Below, one piece after another: positions 54,219-62,229 of a stretch of 64,000 nt of DNA (positions within the stretch are counted from its first letter, which is position 1; each line of letters starts with the position of its first letter). The position numbers were made by a program, and so were the translations under genes. Source of the DNA: a virus (taxonomy: Duplodnaviria; Caudoviricetes). Below the pieces are notes generated by a model that saw only the letters and a list, made by a program, of their open reading frames with translations, made no database searches and was not told where the DNA came from. The stretch spans positions 32,001 to 96,000 of the IMG/VR virus record IMGVR_UViG_3300005326_000040; one strand, 5' to 3'.

Positions 54219-54526
54219 GCAACGGTCGAGCGATGGTTTTGATTGATGGAGTTCACAAGTGGGTGGACTCTGACTTCCTGCGCTTGATTGAGGGGCAGGA
54301 CAGTCGCGTAGAGTATCTAGGGGGAACGAAGAGTGGGGAGGAGGGATGCATCGAAGTGATTGGGGAGAATGTGTACTTCAGCGCATTCCCCGACAACGAT
54401 AGCGGACAGACCAACCTTCAGGCTTTCATCAAGCCTCTCTCGGAAAAGGAGAAGGCGTTGGTGGAAGCTGGGGTTGAGTGTTCGCCCAAAGAGGTTCAGG
54501 AACTAAGGAGCTACTGGGTACTATGA
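54215..54526 (+). CDS. Hypothetical protein, paralog of 44727-45038
   Basis: WVDS and GEEGCIEV motifs. Confidence 0.8.
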   Translation: MSNGRAMVLIDGVHKWVDSDFLRLIEGQDSRVEYLGGTKSGEEGCIEVIGENVYFSAFPDNDSGQTNLQAFIKPLSEKEKALVEAGVECSPKEVQELRSYWVL

Positions 54527-55011
54527 GTCCATATGCAGGCTGTCAAGGGCAAAGCATAGGAAGAGTGCTTCACTTTCTCTACCATTACTGTGGACTTCTC
54601 GTTGCTGAATATGCAGAAATCGGAGACCGTGAAGTAAAGTATAATGGCAAGAAGATCGCCTTCTTTTACTTCAGGGGAGACGTTCCGATATTCGAGTTCG
54701 TCAACCCAGATTACAATGAAGTACAGTCGTTCAAGCGAGACGAGGCGATTCGAGATGGGGCGCCTCGGATTCCTGAAGGCACGAGAGAGGCTGTAAAGGA
54801 AGCGATTCTGGCATTCTGTAAGATTGGGGATGCCAACTATCTGGAATATCCAACCAGCCACGTTGCTGCAAGAAGCATCTCCAAGGCAGCAAGTGTTCTT
54901 GAGACGTGGTTCGACGGAAACCTCAGGAACATGCCGAAAGAAGACTATCTCCGCGCAATCGAACTCGGGGTGAAAGCCATGAGGGAGATTGAGTCAATCA
55001 GACCCAAATAG
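54523..55011 (+). CDS. Hypothetical protein
   Basis: 162 aa, ATGA coupling. Confidence 0.75.
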   Translation: MSPYAGCQGQSIGRVLHFLYHYCGLLVAEYAEIGDREVKYNGKKIAFFYFRGDVPIFEFVNPDYNEVQSFKRDEAIRDGAPRIPEGTREAVKEAILAFCKIGDANYLEYPTSHVAARSISKAASVLETWFDGNLRNMPKEDYLRAIELGVKAMREIESIRPK

Positions 55012-55023
55012 GAGGGTAGCAGA

Positions 55024-55326
55024 ATGAAGTTGAACACAACGAAGAAGTATTGGTTCAAGGATCCCAAGACGAAGGAGGTAGATGTGCCATTGGCAGAATT
55101 GATTGTGCAGTTGACGGACAAGATTCTGCCATTCACGTCGGAGTTGACGATCAACAACTTCTCGGCGGAAACGGCAGAAATCAGGTTGACTCAGGTCAAC
55201 GGGTTCTTCTGCAAGAGAACCTTCACCATCACCGGGACACCCGAGGAAATCAAGCTCCTCGGGGAAACGATTCAGGTGTATACGCGGCGGCATCCCCTTC
55301 TCAAGAAGGAGGGGCGGCGGCGATGA
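55024..55326 (+). CDS. Hypothetical protein
   Basis: 100 aa, GGAGG RBS. Confidence 0.75.
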   Translation: MKLNTTKKYWFKDPKTKEVDVPLAELIVQLTDKILPFTSELTINNFSAETAEIRLTQVNGFFCKRTFTITGTPEEIKLLGETIQVYTRRHPLLKKEGRRR

Positions 55327-55469
55327 GTCGAAAGATTCTTTCCAGTGACCTTTACTGGCCGCCCAGTAATCTTCACTGGTACGGCGGCTACTACTATCGG
55401 TGAATAAAAACATGAGCCAAAGAATCGAGAACGGTCCAAACATAAGCTAGGTGAACGGGGAATACTGGA

Positions 55470-55823
55470 ATGGTTCTAGCCCCGCTTCACCGCTTATACA
55501 GAGGACCATTGGAAAAGAACAAGAAGCGTGGAAACCGCCGCTCTCAGAGTGAAACCATCGTAGCCCGCCGCCATCACAGTCACAAGAGGGACAATGATAG
55601 AATTGTTCAGAACTGCTGGGGCGGTAGGGAACAGTATCTTGCGAAAATCGTGATTCCTCCCAGAGGAGAATGTTCACCGAACATCTACCGAAAGTGGAAT
55701 GGTACTTGTGATTGTTGTCATTGTAAGTGGAATCAAGTATGGGATCACGAGGAAGTAAAGCGCGAGAGAGCGGCAGGAAAGGAAGAAGTTCTGAAAGGGC
55801 TTCTTGAATACATGGGCAATTAG
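55470..55823 (+). CDS. Hypothetical basic, Cys-containing protein
   Basis: 117 aa, start uncertain. Confidence 0.55.
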   Translation: MVLAPLHRLYRGPLEKNKKRGNRRSQSETIVARRHHSHKRDNDRIVQNCWGGREQYLAKIVIPPRGECSPNIYRKWNGTCDCCHCKWNQVWDHEEVKRERAAGKEEVLKGLLEYMGN

Positions 55824-55932
55824 TAAACCGCAGGAGGCGCCATGAGAATTCTGACGAAGATGTAGCGATTAGGCTTAGTTAGTTCCTGCTCTTTAGGCTC
55901 ACCGAATCACTGCTAGAAAAAGTCAATACAAA

Positions 55933-56006
55933 TGGCAAGTAGCTCAATTGGATAGAGCGTCAGCGTTCGCTGAAGGTTATAGGTTCAAATCCTATCTTGC
56001 CTACTA
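55933..56006 (+). ncRNA. Anticodon-less tRNA-like RNA (GTTC tetraloop)
   Basis: GGCAAG/CTTGCC acceptor, TA, GCTC-AATTGGATA-GAGC, TCAGC-GTTC-GCTGA, AGGTT, ATAGG-TTCAAAT-CCTAT, A-CTA. Confidence 0.9.
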
Positions 56007-56101
56007 GGAAAGGAGGAAGCAATGTACAGAATTGAATTTATCTAGGTGGATGAATCTTTTGGGTGGTCCTTGGGTTCACTCCACCGGAAGCAGGAAAAAC
56101 C

Positions 56102-56374
56102 ATGCGATACGGACTGCATATCGAGTTGAGCGATACGGTAATCGAGCAGACTGAAACCCACACGAGATGTTCTTCCTGGCACAATATCCACAAGAACTGC
56201 AAGAGTCTGGAGGAAGCAGACGAGATTTGCTACAAGATTCTCTCTACGTTCTCTAAGGGTTTCGGAAGGGATGAGTATGTGTCATTCAACCAAGAAAGGA
56301 GAAGCTTCTATACCTTCCGAGAAGGTGGCTCGATTGTTGGTGTAGCCAACTGCCGTGTTACGACCCTGAATTGA
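56102..56374 (+). CDS. Hypothetical protein
   Basis: 90 aa. Confidence 0.65.
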   Translation: MRYGLHIELSDTVIEQTETHTRCSSWHNIHKNCKSLEEADEICYKILSTFSKGFGRDEYVSFNQERRSFYTFREGGSIVGVANCRVTTLN

Positions 56375-56387
56375 AAACCCGCCCAAA

Positions 56388-56457
56388 AGATAAGTAGCTC
56401 AATGGTAGAGCGCCAGCATTCGCTGGGGTGCAGGTTCGAGCCCTGCCTTATCTTCTA
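56388..56457 (+). ncRNA. Anticodon-less tRNA-like RNA (ATTC tetraloop)
   Basis: AGATAAG/CTTATCT acceptor, TA, GCTC-AATGGTA-GAGC, CCAGC-ATTC-GCTGG, GGT, GCAGG-TTCGAGC-CCTGC, T-CTA. Confidence 0.9.
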
Positions 56458-56464
56458 AGGAGGA

Positions 56465-56926
56465 ATGGTCATGAGTATATCTCTCAGGTTTAGTCAGGTG
56501 GTTTTGTTTGCCAATCAGATTGGAATAGACCCAAAGCAACGAATCCAAAGCCTCGCAATTGAAAGCGGGCTGTTGGCGGGTACTCTATTCAAAACGTTGG
56601 ATGGTGCCTATCTTACATACAGGTATTACCCTGAGACCAAGAGTACAGAATGGTTCTTAGTGACGAAAGGTATGAATGTTGATCAGGTGAAGAAGAACCT
56701 GAGAAAGCTGGAAGCAGATCGGCTTGAAATCCTGATGGAGCACGCTCGTCAAGTTGATTCTGATTGGATCAACCTTAACGCCATTCGAGATAACAGGCGC
56801 AAGATGTGTTCCGCTCCATTCAAAATCGAAGTACAAGAACATGAACACGAGGTGTTTTTGGAGAAACGAGCAGGAGAAATTAACGCCGAGATTGCGGAGC
56901 TATTGCACTGTTTGATCGAGGGGTGA
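56465..56926 (+). CDS. Hypothetical protein
   Basis: 153 aa, AGGAGG RBS directly after the tRNA-like element. Confidence 0.75.
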   Translation: MVMSISLRFSQVVLFANQIGIDPKQRIQSLAIESGLLAGTLFKTLDGAYLTYRYYPETKSTEWFLVTKGMNVDQVKKNLRKLEADRLEILMEHARQVDSDWINLNAIRDNRRKMCSAPFKIEVQEHEHEVFLEKRAGEINAEIAELLHCLIEG

Positions 56927-56931
56927 GAGCC

Positions 56932-57213
56932 ATGGGAAAGAAAGCCGAATTCGTTTTTGTCAACATCTTCAACACATATCAAGAGTACGGAGGGCCGGAA
57001 GAAGGGGGATGGTATTACACAGTGGGGCACTGTATCAAGAGTGTTCGGTGCATCAAAGGTGGGCCTGGGCATAAGGCCACGCTCGATTGGGCGAAGAAGA
57101 CGTACGACAACAACAAGCGACTGTCGCGTTATGATTCGTCCAATCGCTACATGATCAAGATTCAGAATCATCGCGGGATTGATTTCCCGCAGCGTACTCC
57201 TCACTACGAGTAA
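56932..57213 (+). CDS. Hypothetical protein
   Basis: 93 aa, contains YGGPEEGGWYY, a motif seen in small phage proteins. Confidence 0.8.
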   Translation: MGKKAEFVFVNIFNTYQEYGGPEEGGWYYTVGHCIKSVRCIKGGPGHKATLDWAKKTYDNNKRLSRYDSSNRYMIKIQNHRGIDFPQRTPHYE

Positions 57214-57219
57214 AGTATC

Positions 57220-57465
57220 ATGAAGAAAATGTATCGTTTGGTTCAGGTTACCTTCGACATGAAGGAGATTGACACCAAGACGGCAGTTCATCGAAAGGAG
57301 TTGGTGGTATTCGAGACTGACGACCAGAAGACTGGGCCAGAAAAGATGCGGGATTTCATTGCGTTGTTGCCTCCTCCTATCTTGTATCTGGGGCGTGATA
57401 ACAACGTCTACCCGCAGTTCCTAGTCGAATACTTCACAATTTCATCAGCGCACACTGAGAGGTAA
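57220..57465 (+). CDS. Hypothetical protein
   Basis: 81 aa. Confidence 0.7.
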   Translation: MKKMYRLVQVTFDMKEIDTKTAVHRKELVVFETDDQKTGPEKMRDFIALLPPPILYLGRDNNVYPQFLVEYFTISSAHTER

Positions 57466-57471
57466 TCATTC

Positions 57472-57789
57472 ATGATTGACCTTGGGCCAGAAATACCGAG
57501 CGATGAGTTGGTTGATAACTCAGCCGACATTGAAACAATAGTCGAACCAACGCACATGCTGATGGAGATTAGCAATCTGACTACAACCAAGGGAAGAACT
57601 CTTGGGATGTTGTTGGAGATTGATATCTTCACCGGCTTGAAGCGAATGATGCCGTTCAGTGGCTCGCCGTCTAAAAGGGATGGCGTCACTGGATTTGAGT
57701 TACAGCTTCTTGGGAAGATTGCAAGGGAGATGTTTCCCAAGATGAAGATGCTGATGTTTGTTGAATTGATGAAACTTCCGACAGATTAG
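57472..57789 (+). CDS. Hypothetical protein
   Basis: 105 aa. Confidence 0.65.
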   Translation: MIDLGPEIPSDELVDNSADIETIVEPTHMLMEISNLTTTKGRTLGMLLEIDIFTGLKRMMPFSGSPSKRDGVTGFELQLLGKIAREMFPKMKMLMFVELMKLPTD

Positions 57790-57797
57790 AGGAAATC

Positions 57798-57962
57798 ATG
57801 AAGAATATGCTTCATTACATCTGGTGCTTGTTGATGTCGGTTGGATATCAATTCTTCGTTTGGTATCAATGGATTGCGAGTTATCCAGCCAGAAGGCGCG
57901 AGCGTCTTTGGTTTGATAGGAAGAAGGTCCTTCCTAAGGAGATTTACAATGTTCATGGTTGA
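57798..57962 (+). CDS. Small membrane protein
   Basis: 54-aa ORF read by eye, hydrophobic N-terminal half, GAGG RBS. Confidence 0.5.
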   Translation: MKNMLHYIWCLLMSVGYQFFVWYQWIASYPARRRERLWFDRKKVLPKEIYNVHG

Positions 57963-58167
57963 CGTGCATTACAAGCCCGTTGGCATTCATGCTCCCAAGA
58001 TTGAGCGAAAGGAGTTTGAGAAGATTGAAGGGGCGATTCGATATCAGGAATCGTTTTGGGATCAACCTGGGGTTGCTCGGGTTGTGATTCTTCTCAAGAC
58101 GGCTGACAGACTGTTTGTGTTGGTTCCTGGGAACCTTTTCGAGAAGGTTCTTCCGATGCTGATGTAG
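57949..58167 (+). CDS. Hypothetical protein
   Basis: 72 aa, AAGGAG RBS. Confidence 0.65.
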   Translation: MFMVDVHYKPVGIHAPKIERKEFEKIEGAIRYQESFWDQPGVARVVILLKTADRLFVLVPGNLFEKVLPMLM

Positions 58168-58185
58168 GAGGTATGAAATGAATCC

Positions 58186-58572
58186 TTGGCGAGACACGGT
58201 GTTGGTTTGTTCTTGTCCGCCAGAAAGAAAGAAGGTGCAAAAGAAGGGCTTGCCTTCTGGCCCGAAAGCGAATCGACTCTGGAAGGGGCGGCGCGGAAGA
58301 TAGGGGAAATTATGGCAACGAGAATGCGGGTTGCAGCGTTCAGGCTAGCCGTGAAGCAAATCAAGGCGATTTTGCCTTTGCTTTCGGAAAAAGAAGTTCA
58401 AGCAATCTCGAAAGAGCTTAGCGATGAAGCTCATGGGGAGAACCAGTTCATCAGGGTTTCCAAGTCGAGGGTTATTCATCGGCTTTCTCCGGTAGAGATG
58501 GCTGACCATTACGTCATTCAGCTGTGTCTGGAGACGGAAAAGAAACTCGAACCTGAGAAGAAGAAGCGCTAG
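58186..58572 (+). CDS. Hypothetical protein
   Basis: 128 aa, start uncertain. Confidence 0.65.
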   Translation: MARHGVGLFLSARKKEGAKEGLAFWPESESTLEGAARKIGEIMATRMRVAAFRLAVKQIKAILPLLSEKEVQAISKELSDEAHGENQFIRVSKSRVIHRLSPVEMADHYVIQLCLETEKKLEPEKKKR

Positions 58573-58610
58573 GTCTGGGCAACTGACTCTAAGGTAGGTA
58601 GGAAAACATC

Positions 58611-58973
58611 ATGGCAAACAATACCGAAATCGTCATCATTCGTCGTCGTCCGGTCATCAACGCTGGCGTTCCTACGGAGCGAACGGTAGCGAACAAGACG
58701 ACATTCGTGTCATATACGGAGCGAAACGAAGAAGCTCCGGTTCGTCGCAATCCGCCGGAGAAGAAGCAGGAGTTGCCGATTCTCGATGAGCGAGAGATGT
58801 CTCTCTCGGCGGCAACGTTTCTTCGGCACTTGATTGAGGATGACGGCGGGTACGCGACGATCATCACAGAGTTCAACGCTGGAAAGAAGGAGTATACAAT
58901 CCGGCTTCATCGGGTTGGGAAGACGTACAAGAGCTTGAGTACGGCAGTGCTCAAGGGAATGACCACGCTGTAA
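58611..58973 (+). CDS. Hypothetical protein
   Basis: 120 aa. Confidence 0.7.
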   Translation: MANNTEIVIIRRRPVINAGVPTERTVANKTTFVSYTERNEEAPVRRNPPEKKQELPILDEREMSLSAATFLRHLIEDDGGYATIITEFNAGKKEYTIRLHRVGKTYKSLSTAVLKGMTTL

Positions 58974-59037
58974 GGTTGAATTGGGAGCACAAGGGAGGTG
59001 ACTACCCTTGTGCTTTACGATAGATTGGAAACATACA

Positions 59038-59808
59038 ATGGAAGCTAACGTTTCAACGCAAGCTGGTATTGAGCAGTTCTTCTCGGGGTACAAAGAAGCA
59101 CAACAGCTACTTGAAGCTTATGAAAGGAAGCTACTTGATCGTGACAGAAAGGAGATGCAATCGGGGCAGCTTCGGGGTGAATGTTTGTTGGAAAGGCTTC
59201 ATTGGTTGAAGGAACCAACACATTACATTCACAAGATTTTCAATGTGCTTCGCAGTAGCGACCCTGAAGTGAACGCAAGAAAGTCCAGCAGTGTATATTT
59301 GTATGAGCCATCGAATGTTTCATGGCTCATTGAGATGGTTCGGCGGCTTCGATTGACGAAGAAGGATGTTTTCTACGATTTGGGGTCGGGCCGTGGCGTA
59401 ACCATCAACCTCATGGGTTTGCTTACCAAAGCTCAATTCAAGGGAGTTGAGTTGATGCCTGAGTATGCTCGTGATTCCGAAAGAATTACGAAGGAGATGA
59501 AAATCAAGAACGTTACTACCATTCAAAGTAACGTTGTTGATGTGGACTTTTCGGATGGAACGGTTTTCTATACGTTCAATCCTTTTGGGAGCGCAACAAT
59601 CCGAAGGGTAGTGAAAAACATTCAGAAAATTGCAGAAAAGAGAGCGGTTCGGGTTGTGGCTGTCTGCAACAGCGAAGAGTTTGAGCCTTATCCATGGCTT
59701 CGGCGTTGGAGTTTGTATGAAGGCTGGACCAACGGAGCAGAATACGACCGATATCGCTCCGATTACAATCGCGTGCATATTTTCGAGAGCACGCTGCACG
59801 GAGAATGA
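59038..59808 (+). CDS. Class I SAM-dependent methyltransferase (DOT1-like)
   Basis: YEPS..., DVFYDLGSGRG motif I, FKGVELMP, SNVVDVDFSDGTVFYTFNPF. Confidence 0.88.
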   Translation: MEANVSTQAGIEQFFSGYKEAQQLLEAYERKLLDRDRKEMQSGQLRGECLLERLHWLKEPTHYIHKIFNVLRSSDPEVNARKSSSVYLYEPSNVSWLIEMVRRLRLTKKDVFYDLGSGRGVTINLMGLLTKAQFKGVELMPEYARDSERITKEMKIKNVTTIQSNVVDVDFSDGTVFYTFNPFGSATIRRVVKNIQKIAEKRAVRVVAVCNSEEFEPYPWLRRWSLYEGWTNGAEYDRYRSDYNRVHIFESTLHGE

Positions 59809-59809
59809 C

Positions 59810-60040
59810 ATGGCAAAGAAGCTTTATATCTTTTCGAACGAATGGGACCAGAAAATTGCACTCATTGAATCAGATTTGGAGCTTGATGTAGTGAGGGATA
59901 TGGTTGCTGAATCCAACAAGACGAAAACAGTGCCAGCCGATTTGTTGGGAGTAGCTGACGGTCCGGAATGGATTGAAGGTTCTGCGCCAACTACAACATT
60001 GGAAGAATATCTTGAATATGATTTGAAGTTCAGGAGATAG
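59810..60040 (+). CDS. Hypothetical protein
   Basis: 76 aa. Confidence 0.65.
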   Translation: MAKKLYIFSNEWDQKIALIESDLELDVVRDMVAESNKTKTVPADLLGVADGPEWIEGSAPTTTLEEYLEYDLKFRR

Positions 60041-60047
60041 GCCCAAC

Positions 60048-60149
60048 GTCCGTTCCCGTGATTATACGGGGCCGGACATAAGCAAACGAGCTAGGAAGCT
60101 AGTAAGACCTGAAAACGGTTTGAATCGTTTGCTTATGTCTGTCTATAAT
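60048..60149 (+). promoter_or_regulatory. Inverted-repeat / branched structure overlapping a sigma70-like promoter
   Basis: Perfect 15-bp inverted repeat at 60075-60089 and 60125-60139. TTGAAT-N18-TATAAT (60120-60149). Confidence 0.6.
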
Positions 60150-60162
60150 CAAGCATCATATT

Positions 60163-60507
60163 ATGGACATCTTAAAATTAGCGCAGGAATTTGAGCGCTT
60201 GGCTTCTTGGGATATCAAAGAGATAAAGTCTATAGAGGACCGGCCGTCAAAAGATGGCAAGCATAGCGTTGAAACTCATTTGATGAAACAGTATGGGTTT
60301 ACTCGCTTTCAGGCAACGGTGCTTCTAAAATCGTTGTTTGACCCTCGCAAGCTGCGTCGGTTTGAAGATAAGGGCGGGTATCAATTGGTTGGGTTTGGTG
60401 AGCTAAAGACGCCCAGTGGTAAGATAGTTTCTTTAGACCTTTTGAAATCCACTGTTACGGCCCACAGTAACGAGGTTACTTCTTCTTCCGTTCAACCCAA
60501 CGAGTAG
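60163..60507 (+). CDS. Hypothetical protein with K/R-x-A leader
   Basis: MDILKLAQEFERLASW. Confidence 0.7.
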   Translation: MDILKLAQEFERLASWDIKEIKSIEDRPSKDGKHSVETHLMKQYGFTRFQATVLLKSLFDPRKLRRFEDKGGYQLVGFGELKTPSGKIVSLDLLKSTVTAHSNEVTSSSVQPNE

Positions 60508-60928
60508 TGAAGTTTATAAAGGTGAGGCGTTCGTCTTCATCTTTATACTCATCATTATCTTCGTTGATGCTCCAAATAATACGAATAACGACGGCTGGGG
60601 TTGTGAGATTGTTCCGACCCGTGAAGCTGTTTTCTGATTTGAACTTAGGCAATATATCGACATAGCTTTTTCCGGCGTCAATGTATTGTTTTACTCTAAA
60701 CATCAAGGCATCGTCTTCGACATGCTGATGGAGGTTATTGGAAATAAAGAGTTTGAGCGCGTGAAAGATGTTGTTTGGATGGTCGGGCGGAAGGGAATCA
60801 TCCTCGACATTGAATGTTTCTGGGTTTGTTTTGTAGCGCTCAATGGTCTTGAAGATATAATCGGAGCCTGTTTGTGGTTTATCTTTAGAGGCTCTGACGA
60901 AGAAGGAAGATAGTTTCAACAAGTCCAT
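60476..60928 (-). CDS. Hypothetical protein with similar leader, convergent and overlapping
   Basis: MDLLKLSSFFVRASKD. Only substantial minus-strand gene in 38-64 kb. Confidence 0.7.
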   Translation of the reverse strand: MDLLKLSSFFVRASKDKPQTGSDYIFKTIERYKTNPETFNVEDDSLPPDHPNNIFHALKLFISNNLHQHVEDDALMFRVKQYIDAGKSYVDILPKFKSENSFTGRNNLTTPAVVIRIIWSINEDNDEYKDEDERLTFINFTTRWVERKKK

Positions 60929-60962
60929 ATAGATATGTGGGCTAAATAGTAGGAGGAAACAG

Positions 60963-61271
60963 ATGAACAGATTGAAGGGTTGGGCGGTTACATTGCGTTT
61001 GTTTGCTATCGCTATGTTGCTTATTAGTTGTTCAGAAAGTGAGCTTCAACGGTACAGCAAATCCGACGCACAGTCTGATGGGCTTGAGGTTATCCTTATG
61101 TACAACAGCGCTCGATTCTATGTGCGCGATGAATACAAAAACTGTTTCATTGTGTGGAAACTCCAAGCGGGCGGTTCTGCTGGCGGCAAAACGGTGGCTA
61201 TGGCTACGGTCCCTTGTGATTCAATAAAGGAAAACAATGCCAAAGATTCCGATTCGCGAAGCGTTGATTGA
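60963..61271 (+). CDS. Lipoprotein
   Basis: Signal peptide ending MLLISC. Confidence 0.7.
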   Translation: MNRLKGWAVTLRLFAIAMLLISCSESELQRYSKSDAQSDGLEVILMYNSARFYVRDEYKNCFIVWKLQAGGSAGGKTVAMATVPCDSIKENNAKDSDSRSVD

Positions 61272-61476
61272 GCAAGAGGAAGTGGCTGGAATTGACGAAG
61301 ATGTATTCAATCTGATTCGTTACGGAACGGACGATAAGGAAAAAGTAAAAGAATACGTAACAGCAGAAATTGCGTATCTGCATGAACTTGAGAGGGAGGC
61401 GGATGACGAATTTGATCTTGTAGAAGATGACGGATTCCTTTTCCCAAAGTTCAGAGGGCCAAATGAAGGTTCCTAG
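61237..61476 (+). CDS. Acidic hypothetical protein
   Basis: 79 aa, AAGGA RBS. Confidence 0.65.
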   Translation: MPKIPIREALIEQEEVAGIDEDVFNLIRYGTDDKEKVKEYVTAEIAYLHELEREADDEFDLVEDDGFLFPKFRGPNEGS

Positions 61477-61906
61477 TTCAGCGATTAAGATATCTCAACT
61501 AAAAAGCGCTGAGTTCGCCATTGAGCTTCCTGGAACAACGACATTGTTGTTCTTGTTTACTGGCTTAGGGGAATCTGAACCAGCAACAAGGGGTTTGAGA
61601 TTCGAGAACTATAAGTGGTTTGGCGCTGGGTTTTTCATTGGTGAACACGCCAATGAAAATGCAGACTTGAGCGGCATGACCGATATGCCGTTTGCTGACA
61701 AGGTTTATTCTAAGAACCTATGGAAAGACAACATGACTCACGCCGATATTGAGATGGTGTATGAGTACATGTTGAAAAGGTCTGAAAAGAAAGTGGTTGC
61801 GCAGACCGGAGGAATATGTTCTGCGCCTAGTTGTGGGGTGTATGATGAGTTTGCTTCACCATCACGTAATCATGGTGGACAGATTCGTTGCTATAAGCAC
61901 TGGTGA
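61463..61906 (+). CDS. Hypothetical protein with C-terminal Cys motif
   Basis: 147 aa, CSAPSC...CYKH. Confidence 0.7.
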   Translation: MKVPSSAIKISQLKSAEFAIELPGTTTLLFLFTGLGESEPATRGLRFENYKWFGAGFFIGEHANENADLSGMTDMPFADKVYSKNLWKDNMTHADIEMVYEYMLKRSEKKVVAQTGGICSAPSCGVYDEFASPSRNHGGQIRCYKHW

Positions 61907-62229
61907 AAACAATGATGAGAAAGATTTGTTTTGTTTGCCCGGCATGTAAGAAGGAAGCAGAGATTGAAGAGATTCTTGTTCAAGCGCGAGTAGTTAGCGT
62001 GCTGACAGGACTTGAAAAAGGAAAGTTGTTTCAGTATAAAGTAGACCCATTGGTCGAAGAAGGGGAAGTGCTGAAATATCAATGCTATTCTTGTGGTGAA
62101 TCGTTGAAGAACAAGAAGGGCAAAGATATTACGGATATGGAAGAGCTTTACAAACACCTGAGGAAACATGGATTTTTGGAAGGCGTTCGTATCAAGCAAA
62201 AGCAGCGAAAAACTTCCGGGGAAGGTTAA
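61903..62229 (+). CDS. Zinc-ribbon protein
   Basis: CPAC and CYSC pairs. Confidence 0.7.
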   Translation: MKTMMRKICFVCPACKKEAEIEEILVQARVVSVLTGLEKGKLFQYKVDPLVEEGEVLKYQCYSCGESLKNKKGKDITDMEELYKHLRKHGFLEGVRIKQKQRKTSGEG

